A stretch of DNA of 64,000 nucleotides, taken from positions 291,425 through 355,424 of the forward strand of contig CAZCCG010000001.1 in the NCBI GenBank assembly GCA_964497535.1, given 5' to 3'. Position numbers and translations under genes: made by a program. The notes under the pieces were generated by a model. That model was not told where the DNA came from and searched no databases. It saw only the letters and a program-made list of their open reading frames with translations. This stretch comes from an uncultured Gammaproteobacteria bacterium (GTDB lineage Bacteria; Patescibacteriota; Microgenomatia; Levybacterales; UBA12049). This document shows, in pieces, positions 52,299 to 61,183 of the stretch; positions within the stretch are counted from its first letter, which is position 1; each line of letters starts with the position of its first letter.

Positions 52299-52371
52299 GA
52301 AACTTAAAGCGTAAAGTGAAAAACGCAAAAGAATATTTTTAACTTTACATTTTTAGTTTTTAATTTTAATT
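52299..52371. repeat. 7-nt-periodic imperfect inverted repeat (element C)
   Basis: aaagcgt aaagtga aaaacgc aaaa / ctttaca tttttag tttttaa ttttaa; abuts the rpsL ATG. Confidence 0.75.
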
Positions 52372-52803
52372 ATGCCAACATTATCACAATTAGCAAAACA
52401 CGGAAGAAAGAAAAAAATAAAGAAAATCAAAACTACCAGTTTGAGACGGCTTTATAATGCAAAAAATAGAGAATATAGTAACGTTGCTTCTCCACAAAAA
52501 AGAGGAGTAGTAACGTTAGTTAAGACAATGACTCCAAGAAAACCAAATTCTGCTCTTCGGAAAGTAGCTCGCGTAAAGCTTTCTAATCGTGTTGAAGTAA
52601 CAGCATATATCCAAGGTGTCGGGCATTCCCTTTCAGAGCATGGAATCGTCTTGGTTCGAGGTGGACGGGTAAAGGATTTGGCAGGAGTAAAATACCATAT
52701 TGTTCGAGGGAAATTTGATCTCCAAGGAGTAGAGAATAGAAAGACTTCACGAAGCAAATATGGAACGAAAAGACCGTCAACGGGAGGCAAAGCCCCCGCT
52801 TAA
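52372..52803 (+). CDS. rpsL: 30S ribosomal protein S12
   Basis: [20 protein letters not shown]. Confidence 0.98.
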   Translation: MPTLSQLAKHGRKKKIKKIKTTSLRRLYNAKNREYSNVASPQKRGVVTLVKTMTPRKPNSALRKVARVKLSNRVEVTAYIQGVGHSLSEHGIVLVRGGRVKDLAGVKYHIVRGKFDLQGVENRKTSRSKYGTKRPSTGGKAPA

Positions 52804-52863
52804 AACGTAAAGTGCAAAGTGAAAAATATTTTACACTTTGCGATTTTAGCTTTTAACTTAGTT
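52802..52863. repeat. 7-nt-periodic imperfect inverted repeat (element D)
   Basis: aaaacgt aaagtgc aaagtga aaaatatttt acactttgc gattttag cttttaa; gcaaagtg/cactttgc stem; abuts the rpsG ATG. Confidence 0.8.
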
Positions 52864-53337
52864 ATGAGACATAAAAAAGTACAAAAAAAATTAGTAGAAC
52901 CGGATCGAGTTTATCAAGACAGAGTGGTTACTAAATTCATTAATCGATTAATGAAAGATGGTAAAAAATCAACCGCAGAAAAACAATTTTATGCGGCATT
53001 AACTCTTATTGAGCAAAAAGGACAAAAAAGTATGGAGACTTTTGATAAAGCTATGATCAATGTCTCGCCAAAACAGGAAGTAAAAGCGCGTCGCATTGGA
53101 GGAGCAAATTATCAAGTTCCGATTGAAGTTCGAGGAGACCGCAAACAATCCCTTTCTGTTCGATGGTTGATCGAAGCAGCACGAGCACGATCCAGCAAAG
53201 AATACCATACGTTTGCAGAAAAGTTAGCTGCAGAACTTATGGATGCGGCACAGAATCTAGGAAGTGCCGTCAAAAAGAAAGAATCAATGCAGAAAATGGC
53301 AGAATCAAATCGTGCCTTCGCCCACTTTCGCTTCTAG
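52864..53337 (+). CDS. rpsG: 30S ribosomal protein S7
   Basis: M.DGKKS.A, RRIGGANYQVP, MAESNRAFAHFR. Confidence 0.98.
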   Translation: MRHKKVQKKLVEPDRVYQDRVVTKFINRLMKDGKKSTAEKQFYAALTLIEQKGQKSMETFDKAMINVSPKQEVKARRIGGANYQVPIEVRGDRKQSLSVRWLIEAARARSSKEYHTFAEKLAAELMDAAQNLGSAVKKKESMQKMAESNRAFAHFRF

Positions 53338-53372
53338 ACTCACATCTTGTTTCAAAGACTTACTTACAGCAT

Positions 53373-54038
53373 TTATTCTACGGTAACTTTGGTCATTTTA
53401 TCGCCTACTACAATCTTTTTTACTACATCCATACCACTGGTTACTTTGCCAAAGATAGTGTAGTTTTTAGGAAGCGTATCGTTGTCTGCCAGCATGATAA
53501 AAAACTGTGAGCTATTGGTATTGGGTCCGCGATTTGCCATAGCCAGCACCCCCTCTTTATATCCATCTTTATAACTTTGAGTTTCAGGGTTTAATTCGTC
53601 TTCAAAAGTTGATCCATAGATTGATGTCCCGCCGGTACCATCGCCCTTGGGATCTCCTCCTTGAATTACAAATCCCGGTTCAACGCGATGAAAGGAGAGG
53701 CCATTATAAAAGCCTGACTTTGCCAGTGTTGCAAAATTGGTAACGGTTTTTGGAGCATCTTGTGGATAGAATTCTACAACAATATCTCCTTTTGCTGTGC
53801 TAATTGTTGCCCTAGTTGCAGAAATTGGACTTATTGAAGGTAATGGTGAGGTTTGAGCAGAGGAGGGAGGTGTTGGTTGGTTTTGTTGTGGTGAAGTTTG
53901 TAACATTGGTGAAGGAGAAGGATTAAGATTTAAGTCGATTGGCGCAGTAGAATTAGAAGTGTTGGTTTTGGTTGCAAGGAGTATAATGCCCAGAACTACC
54001 GCGAGTACAATTATAGTAAATAAAACCATTTTGTTCAT
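53373..54038 (-). CDS. Membrane-anchored cyclophilin-type peptidyl-prolyl isomerase
   Basis: TM plus Pro-rich linker; APKTV.NF, FHRV..FVIQGGDP, AMANRGPNTN.SQFFI. Confidence 0.93.
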   Translation of the reverse strand: MNKMVLFTIIVLAVVLGIILLATKTNTSNSTAPIDLNLNPSPSPMLQTSPQQNQPTPPSSAQTSPLPSISPISATRATISTAKGDIVVEFYPQDAPKTVTNFATLAKSGFYNGLSFHRVEPGFVIQGGDPKGDGTGGTSIYGSTFEDELNPETQSYKDGYKEGVLAMANRGPNTNSSQFFIMLADNDTLPKNYTIFGKVTSGMDVVKKIVVGDKMTKVTVE

Positions 54039-54091
54039 TCCAAGTTTTCTAAGATTACTGTATTTTCCAAAGTATGTCAATAGTGTTACTG

Positions 54092-54247
54092 TTAACTTTT
54101 TCTCATGTGGGGAGGGAGTAAGTCTACCGATTGGTCTCCTTTTTTCTTCGCTTCATGGTTGGAACTATGCTTGATATATGCCGATTTCATGATATTTGTT
54201 CCTTTTCCACTCGTTGATACCTTTGGGTGTTTATTTTCCTTATTCAT
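54092..54247 (-). CDS. Unannotated 51-aa basic small protein
   Basis: MNKENKHPKVSTSGKG...LLPPHMRKS; TGn-TATACT lies 8 nt upstream of the ATG. Confidence 0.55.
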   Translation of the reverse strand: MNKENKHPKVSTSGKGTNIMKSAYIKHSSNHEAKKKGDQSVDLLPPHMRKS

Positions 54248-54314
54248 AGAACTATAGTATACCAACTACTTAATAGAGGAGTATAAATTACGCAAAGAAT
54301 CAGTAAGAACTTTA

Positions 54315-54992
54315 TTAGCGTTTAATACACTTCAGGCTGCAGATTTGGATTTTTTTGTTTCCCTGGGTACACTGTGGATCCGGCTCACAAGAGATAGTGT
54401 TGTTGGTAGGTTGGGATCCATTTGGTCGTGGGACTATTGTATATTCCAGGTTAGTCGTTCCTACACTCAATGGTTCGGTGGAATAAAGGGACGTCACCAC
54501 GGCACTATTAAATTCTATATGTCCGGTGCCCGGTTTTACTGCATGAAATGTAATGACCCCAATTTTTAAAGCGCCTTTTATCATCCGGCCCTCATAGGTA
54601 TTAACCTGTGAGAAACGAATGATATTTTTTGAGTTATTTCTAGTATTAAATATAGTGGAAGTAAACTGAGAAGAATCCGTATCCTCTACCGGTTGTTCCG
54701 GTACAAAAGAATCCTGATAATGAATAATGGTATCAAATCCGTTAATGCTTTGATCCTGGGTATTGAGTACTAAATGAAGTTCAATAGCATCACCTTGAGT
54801 GATCGTAAAGCTTCCGAGCGGCTGTGTAGAGTCTTGGGTAGAGAAATATAAATATGTATCTTCTCCTGAGGCATGTTGTTGATTTGTTTGGGTGGTCTGT
54901 GCCAAAAAAACAGTTAAAGGAATTGCCAGGATTACCAGTGCAAGACCCATAAATCCAAAGAGTTTTAATGGTAATTTATTGATTAATTGCAT
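54315..54992 (-). CDS. Membrane-anchored cohesin-domain protein with C-terminal 4-Cys tag
   Basis: TM (LAIPLTVFLAQ), beta-sandwich pattern GD.IEL.L.LNT...INGFD..I.Y...IG.ITF.A...G. Confidence 0.7.
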   Translation of the reverse strand: MQLINKLPLKLFGFMGLALVILAIPLTVFLAQTTQTNQQHASGEDTYLYFSTQDSTQPLGSFTITQGDAIELHLVLNTQDQSINGFDTIIHYQDSFVPEQPVEDTDSSQFTSTIFNTRNNSKNIIRFSQVNTYEGRMIKGALKIGVITFHAVKPGTGHIEFNSAVVTSLYSTEPLSVGTTNLEYTIVPRPNGSQPTNNTISCEPDPQCTQGNKKIQICSLKCIKR

Positions 54993-54993
54993 A

Positions 54994-57198
54994 CTATTTT
55001 TGGCATAATATATCCTCCGGCGCATTGCGAATTGCGTTGAGCCATACTCCAAAATCTACCGTGTCGACGGTACCATCATGGTTGGTATCAACTGTGGTAC
55101 CCTCAGCAGTCGTTTGAAACTGTTGTGCCCGCATAATAAAATTAAAATCTCTCAAATCCAAACACCCATTATGGTCAACATCGCCGTTTAACGTCATAAC
55201 TTGTCCTGATGTCGATGCGTTTTTGGTTACCGTAAAGGGATTACTCGTAACAATACGATTGGTATTGCTAAAGAGTCTGACTTCATATGTTCCTGCCTGG
55301 CTTGGACTTTGATATGACAAAGAACATGAGGTGAGTGAATTACAGGAAATTGTTTTTTTGCTGATAAATGCAGTATCTGATGCACCCGGTAAGAATACGC
55401 CGACCCAAAGATTTTGCCCCGAAGTATTTTGTGTGCCGGTGGGAGTGATTTCCTGGGAGGGATTATTGGTTACGGTAATTGACCCGAAGGATTTACTTTG
55501 TCTTACACAGCAATTTTGGGATGTTCCAGATTGAGTCGTAAGCAGAAGGGGATACACGCCGGTTTTAGTAGGAGCAGTACAAACAAAATGATACAACAGT
55601 TCTCCTTGCTCATTCGTATAAGCATCTGTATATACACAACCTGAGATACCAATGGTTCCGCAATTGGTCCATTCACCAAAATTTGCAGTAATATTATATT
55701 TATCATTGGGACGGATTTGGGTCTTATCAGATTTTGCACTTAAGAAATTAAAATATTCACATTTGTTTTCCGTAGAATTTCGTACGTGGAGTGTACTGTA
55801 TTGGATACTTGTCTGAGTACAACAGTTTTGGAATGAGCCGCCGGCAGTTTGAATCATGAGCGGATAGTCGCCTGGACTTTGTGGAGCTGTACAGATAAAT
55901 TGACTCAAGTAATTGCCCCGTCCATCAGATAAAACTTTTGAAAATTTACAGCCAGGCACACTTGCTGAAGCACAGCTTAAAGGATTGGTAAAAATACCAT
56001 ACACATAGTATGTTTCTCCCGGATTCCAGGACGTTTTGGGATGTCGTTTGGAGTCGGCAATATATGCCCCTTTAAAACTGGCAGTTTTACAGATACCATT
56101 TCCCGGGGCGGGTGGGGGAACTGAGACACCAGGGGGTATTGGGGTACCTCCTGAAGAATTCGTTGATTTTCCGGCGTCCTGTACCGCAGTAGCAGGATCG
56201 GTAAGATAGATCCACCAGTCATTGAGGAGTTTATCAGGTCCCCGGCCGTCATTATGGGGAATATGGCCAAGCCACCATTTGTAATAGCCGATATCAGTGC
56301 ATTGCCAGGCAGAACAGGAAATTTGATTGCCGGTGGCAGAAATATTCGGATAACTATCGAAAGAATCACAATAGGAAGCAACACTAGTTGGTAAATCATA
56401 ATGATATTCGTCGCTTTGGGTAGTAGTATTGGGAGGAAAATGGACAGACCCGCATCCGAATGTGGTAAAGCTTGGAGATTGTGCCTTATCCAGACCGAAT
56501 TTATCCCAATTTGTTGTAGTCCTATTTTCTTCCCATCCTCCATACAGGTATGTCATTGTTGCTTCAACCCGGTGTCCGAAATCGTGGATCATTTCCCCGG
56601 GGCCTCTTTGATAATTAAATCCCATAATGGGAATGGGTCTATTACAAGAGGTGCCGGTAAGCGGAGGAGAATTGTAATTGAACGCGTTTTGTCCGGCAAG
56701 CCGTGATTCATAAAAACCAAACCATGGTCCCCCAAAGAACCATACTTCATCAATGTCACCTTTATTGACTTTTGAGCAAATGTCATAGGTGTTAAATATG
56801 CCATTGTAATCAACTTCATCTGGCGTATGGGCATTGGCTGAATCTTTCGCTGCCTGCAGGTATTGAGACGGTGTATATGAAAAACCGTCAACCTTTTTGG
56901 GAAATTCGTTCACTTCCACTTTTTGAGCTACCGTATATTGAAGCCTGCCATGGGATGCTTGTTGCATATTAGTGATATATTCGGAAGTAAGGGTGTTAGG
57001 ATCACCCCAATTTTCGTATTGGGTAAGTTTCTTGTTTTCAACGGTCGGGTTAAAAATAATGACCATCACTTTCTTATTGAGATTTTGAGTTTGAGCATAT
57101 TGTTGTGGTGCAGATGTGGTACCAATTCCCAATACGATAAGTATACATAGCGATACTATACTAAATAAGAATGATAATCTAATAGATATGTTTTTCAT
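54994..57198 (-). CDS. Secreted protein: putative zincin-like domain, two Cys-rich Ig-like repeats, dockerin
   Basis: EMIHDFGHRVE; CTAP...YPL...QNCC twice; GDVDHNGCLDLRDF and DTNHDGTVDTVDF EF-hand pair. Confidence 0.7.
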   Translation of the reverse strand: MKNISIRLSFLFSIVSLCILIVLGIGTTSAPQQYAQTQNLNKKVMVIIFNPTVENKKLTQYENWGDPNTLTSEYITNMQQASHGRLQYTVAQKVEVNEFPKKVDGFSYTPSQYLQAAKDSANAHTPDEVDYNGIFNTYDICSKVNKGDIDEVWFFGGPWFGFYESRLAGQNAFNYNSPPLTGTSCNRPIPIMGFNYQRGPGEMIHDFGHRVEATMTYLYGGWEENRTTTNWDKFGLDKAQSPSFTTFGCGSVHFPPNTTTQSDEYHYDLPTSVASYCDSFDSYPNISATGNQISCSAWQCTDIGYYKWWLGHIPHNDGRGPDKLLNDWWIYLTDPATAVQDAGKSTNSSGGTPIPPGVSVPPPAPGNGICKTASFKGAYIADSKRHPKTSWNPGETYYVYGIFTNPLSCASASVPGCKFSKVLSDGRGNYLSQFICTAPQSPGDYPLMIQTAGGSFQNCCTQTSIQYSTLHVRNSTENKCEYFNFLSAKSDKTQIRPNDKYNITANFGEWTNCGTIGISGCVYTDAYTNEQGELLYHFVCTAPTKTGVYPLLLTTQSGTSQNCCVRQSKSFGSITVTNNPSQEITPTGTQNTSGQNLWVGVFLPGASDTAFISKKTISCNSLTSCSLSYQSPSQAGTYEVRLFSNTNRIVTSNPFTVTKNASTSGQVMTLNGDVDHNGCLDLRDFNFIMRAQQFQTTAEGTTVDTNHDGTVDTVDFGVWLNAIRNAPEDILCQK

Positions 57199-58745
57199 TT
57201 ATTATTTTGTGTACCCGTTGGTTGATTAGACCCAGATGAACAATTGGAAATGGTAAGGGAAAGTGGGTTATTAATTCCTGTATGGTTTGGAGAAACAGTA
57301 AAGGTGCATGAGCGATTGGACGTTATGGTAGGGGTAATAGGTTGCGTAATCGTAATGCTAGGTACCAGACTGGGATTAGGGGTGGGTGTGGCAGATTGAG
57401 TCGGAAGAGGTGTCACATGTCCACAGGTAATAAGGGCTTTGTATACATTCATCCGCGGTGCGAGTGTACCTTCTAGCGGGTCTGCTGTTTGGACCAGGCA
57501 GTCTCGAATTGCTTTTGAATTCAGCGATGGATTGGTAGCCACCAACAGAGCAATTGCTCCCGCAACATGTGGCGAAGCCATAGAAGTGCCGGTACAGGCA
57601 AGATAATTTTCTTGTATAAGGGCACATTTGGATTTCAGCTGATTGTATATGGTAGATTTGGTAGAAACAATATTTTCTCCTGGTGCATTAATATCTATCC
57701 GGGACCCATAATTTGAGGACTGCACTTTTTGGTCATTCATAGTGGTTCCTCCTACGGTAATGACTCCGTCACAAGAAGCAGGAGTAAAGGCTGCTACATC
57801 CATATTATTGTTGCCTGCTGCAGCAACAACGATAACATTTTTTGTAAGTGCATATTGTACAGCGTCATTGATTACTGATGCAGCGGGGTTATTGCATTGT
57901 ATCGTAACACCAAGACTCAAATTAATTATTTTTGCGCCATGGTCTGTAGCATATACAATTCCCTGGGCTACATCGGATCCGTTTCCCAACCCATCCGTTG
58001 CCATTGTTTTTACTGCCATGAGTTTGGCATGTTGATTAACAGAGCTTATCCCTATGTTATTATTTGTAATTGCTCCAATAACACCTGCTACATGTGTTCC
58101 ATGTCCGCTGTCGTCCATAGGATCATCATCTCTATTTACATAATCCATGCCTTTAATAATATCGGTTGGTAAATCAATCTGGTGGTAATCAATTCCGGTA
58201 TCAACGATTGCAATAATGATATTGGTTGAACCTTTTGCGACATCCCAGGCCTGTTCCATATTAATTTTTTTCATATCCCATTGATATGTATCAAATAGAG
58301 GATCATTGGGAACTTCCTGGGTAGAATAGATATAATCCGGCTCTGCGGATTGTATCGCATCAAGTTTTTTAAGAATTTCCTTTGATTTCAAAACATTGGC
58401 TCCACGTTTGAGTTTGAGTCGATAATAATTCTTAAGAATCGGGTTGATTGAATCATATACTTTTTCTTGGGAAATAACGCCTCCTTCATCCAGCACTGCC
58501 TGGACAGCTTTTTTTTGTGCTTCCCCCATCTGGTCAGGTGTTTGACCCGTCTTATATTTAACGATAATTTCATCAGATACGTAGGTTGGAGTAGGGGGAG
58601 CGGCCGCAGGAGGTTTGGGAAAAATACTCTTACTTTTCAAAAATACAAGAAAAAAAGCAGAGAAGAATACAATTATTACCACAAAAACTCCGATAAGAAG
58701 TCTGTGAAGGTTTCCCCACTGAAAAAAATACTGCAATCTCTGCAT
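57195..58745 (-). CDS. Membrane-anchored S8 subtilase (paralog of 13722-16448)
   Basis: VDTG/GHGTHVAG/GTSMASPH; start ATG 58745 or TTG 58757. Confidence 0.93.
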   Translation of the reverse strand: MQRLQYFFQWGNLHRLLIGVFVVIIVFFSAFFLVFLKSKSIFPKPPAAAPPTPTYVSDEIIVKYKTGQTPDQMGEAQKKAVQAVLDEGGVISQEKVYDSINPILKNYYRLKLKRGANVLKSKEILKKLDAIQSAEPDYIYSTQEVPNDPLFDTYQWDMKKINMEQAWDVAKGSTNIIIAIVDTGIDYHQIDLPTDIIKGMDYVNRDDDPMDDSGHGTHVAGVIGAITNNNIGISSVNQHAKLMAVKTMATDGLGNGSDVAQGIVYATDHGAKIINLSLGVTIQCNNPAASVINDAVQYALTKNVIVVAAAGNNNMDVAAFTPASCDGVITVGGTTMNDQKVQSSNYGSRIDINAPGENIVSTKSTIYNQLKSKCALIQENYLACTGTSMASPHVAGAIALLVATNPSLNSKAIRDCLVQTADPLEGTLAPRMNVYKALITCGHVTPLPTQSATPTPNPSLVPSITITQPITPTITSNRSCTFTVSPNHTGINNPLSLTISNCSSGSNQPTGTQNNK

Positions 58746-58818
58746 ATGACTCTTCAATTAGTGTACGAGATTTAGGATGCGGTTGCAATGAATGCTAGTG
58801 GAATGACTACGGAGAATA

Positions 58819-58827
58819 TGGTATACT
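58819..58827 (+). promoter_or_regulatory. Extended -10 promoter for the detached fusA
   Basis: TGgTATACT upstream of the fusA leader. Confidence 0.55.
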
Positions 58828-58831
58828 TTAA

Positions 58832-58985
58832 GAAGTTAAAAGTTCAAAATGCAATCCTTCGACTAACGCTCAGGATTGATTGCTCAGAGTGAAATCGAAT
58901 GGGCAAAGTTCAAAATTGTGGTACTCTTATCAATAAGATACTATATTTTTAGCTTTTCACTTGAAACTTTTAGCTTTTTTATTTT
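58832..58985. repeat. Composite element E: periodic hairpin with nested REP-like doublet
   Basis: aagttaa aagttca aaatgca arm, insert 58855-58904, then a copy of element G (58907-58972); abuts the fusA ATG. Confidence 0.8.
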
Positions 58986-61133
58986 ATGGCTGATATTACA
59001 CAAGAAAAAAGACACGTAGAGCTTGATCGCATCCGCAATATAGGAATTATTGCGCATATTGATGCGGGAAAAACTACTACAACGGAACGCATTTTATTTT
59101 ATACCGGACGGACTCATAAAATTGGAGATATTGATGAAGGAAATACCGTTATGGACTGGATGGCAGAAGAACGAGCCCGCGGTATTACTATCGTATCTGC
59201 TGCAACAACCGCTTTCTGGAAACCAACTACCGGACCATATGCAAATATGGAATATCGTATTAATATTATCGACACTCCCGGTCACGTTGATTTTACCGCG
59301 GAAGTAGAACGATCATTGCGTGTATTAGATGGTGGAATAACAGTTCTGGATGCTGAGGAAGGGGTACAATCTCAATCGGAAACCGTGTGGAGACAGGCTG
59401 ATAAATACAAAGTTCCGCGTATTTGTTTTGTTAACAAAATGGATAAGCTTGGTGCCGACTTTTTGGCAACAGTAAAAAGTATTGAGGATCGACTGGGAGC
59501 AAATCCGGCAATTATGGTCCTTCCCATCGGGTTTGAAGCAACGTTTAAAGGAACTGTTGATCTTCTGACTAAAAAATCATATATCTGGGGTTCGGATGAG
59601 CTGGGTGCAACATATGAAGTATTAGATGAGGTACCGCAGGATATGCAAGCTCAGGTAGAAGAATATCGTGCAAAACTTGTGGAAAAGATCTCAGAAACCG
59701 ATGATACTTTGTTGAATAAATATCTCAATGGAGAAGAACCGACGATTGAAGAGTTGCGCCAAGCACTTAGGCGTGCCGTTATTGCATATCAATTAGTTCC
59801 TATTTATGCAGGGTCTTCTCTTCGTCATAAAGGTGTACAACCGTTGTTGGATGCAGTAGTAGATTATCTTCCTTCTCCTCAGGATTTGAAGGAAGTAAAA
59901 GGTATTCATCCTAAAACGGGTGAGGAAGAAATACGGCAACTCACCGAAGATGCGCCTCTTTCAGGACTCGCATTTAAGATCCAAAATGATCCTCATGTAG
60001 GCAAGCTTACTTATTTCCGTGTATATTCCGGTACTATTCATGCGGGTTCATATATCTATAACAGTACAAAAACCACACGAGAAAGAGTTGGCCGCCTTCT
60101 TTTGATGCATTCAAACCAACGGGAAGAAATCAAAGAAGCATATGCCGGAGAAATTATTGCAATTGTAGGGCTGAAAGAAACCGGTACCGGAGACACTCTT
60201 TGTAATGAAGAAAAGCCAATCATCTTGGAAAAAATTTCTTTCCCGGAACCGGTTATTTCACTTGCTATTGAGCCAAAGACCAAATCAGACCAAGAAAAAC
60301 TGGGTTTTGCCCTCAAACGCCTGATGGATGAAGATCCAACATTTCAGGTCAAGACGAATCATGAAACAGGGCAGACTATTATTTCCGGAGTCGGAGAATT
60401 GCAGCTTGAGGTAAAAGTAAATACCATGAAAGCAGATTTTGGAGTGGAGGCAAATGTCGGTGCTCCCCAAGTTGCTTATAAAGAGACAATTCGTCAACAG
60501 GCAGAAGGAGAAGGAAAATATATTCGACAATCAGGAGGAAGAGGGCAATATGGACATTGTTTCCTGCGTATTGAGCCAAAACCCCGAGGTGAAGGAAATG
60601 AATTCGTGGATGCTATTAAAGGCGGCGCAATTCCGGCAGAATTTGTAAAAGCGGTTGGAAAAGGTGTTATGGAAACATTGGATAATGGAATATTGTTGGG
60701 ATATCCGATGGTTGATATGAAAGTTACCTGTTATGATGGATCCTTCCACGATGTTGATTCTTCTGAAGTAGCATTTAAAATTGCTGCATCTCAAGCATTA
60801 CAAGCAGCTACTAAGAAAGCTGAGTTAACGCTTCTTGAACCGATTATGATGGTTGAGGTGACAACTCCGTCTGAATTTATGGGTGATATTATTGGTGATT
60901 TATCCTCAAAACGGGCTCAAATTATGGGAACTGAGGATCGTAACAAAGCAACTATCATCAAAGGAATGGTTCCACTAGCTGAACTTTCAGGATACGCAAC
61001 ACAACTGCGCAGTATGTCTCAAGGTCGGGCAAGTTATTATATGGAGCCTTCCCATTATGAAGAGGTACCCAAAAACATTCTGGAACAAATGATTGCTAAA
61101 TCAACCTTCTCCGGCCGCGTTTCAGCCCAATAG
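58986..61133 (+). CDS. fusA: Elongation factor G
   Basis: AHIDAGKTTTTER, RGITI, DTPGHVDF, QSGGRGQYG. Confidence 0.99.
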   Translation: MADITQEKRHVELDRIRNIGIIAHIDAGKTTTTERILFYTGRTHKIGDIDEGNTVMDWMAEERARGITIVSAATTAFWKPTTGPYANMEYRINIIDTPGHVDFTAEVERSLRVLDGGITVLDAEEGVQSQSETVWRQADKYKVPRICFVNKMDKLGADFLATVKSIEDRLGANPAIMVLPIGFEATFKGTVDLLTKKSYIWGSDELGATYEVLDEVPQDMQAQVEEYRAKLVEKISETDDTLLNKYLNGEEPTIEELRQALRRAVIAYQLVPIYAGSSLRHKGVQPLLDAVVDYLPSPQDLKEVKGIHPKTGEEEIRQLTEDAPLSGLAFKIQNDPHVGKLTYFRVYSGTIHAGSYIYNSTKTTRERVGRLLLMHSNQREEIKEAYAGEIIAIVGLKETGTGDTLCNEEKPIILEKISFPEPVISLAIEPKTKSDQEKLGFALKRLMDEDPTFQVKTNHETGQTIISGVGELQLEVKVNTMKADFGVEANVGAPQVAYKETIRQQAEGEGKYIRQSGGRGQYGHCFLRIEPKPRGEGNEFVDAIKGGAIPAEFVKAVGKGVMETLDNGILLGYPMVDMKVTCYDGSFHDVDSSEVAFKIAASQALQAATKKAELTLLEPIMMVEVTTPSEFMGDIIGDLSSKRAQIMGTEDRNKATIIKGMVPLAELSGYATQLRSMSQGRASYYMEPSHYEEVPKNILEQMIAKSTFSGRVSAQ

Positions 61134-61183
61134 CTCTCAATACTTGTCAAATTATCCCCAAAAGTATATTCTAGTAGAATACT

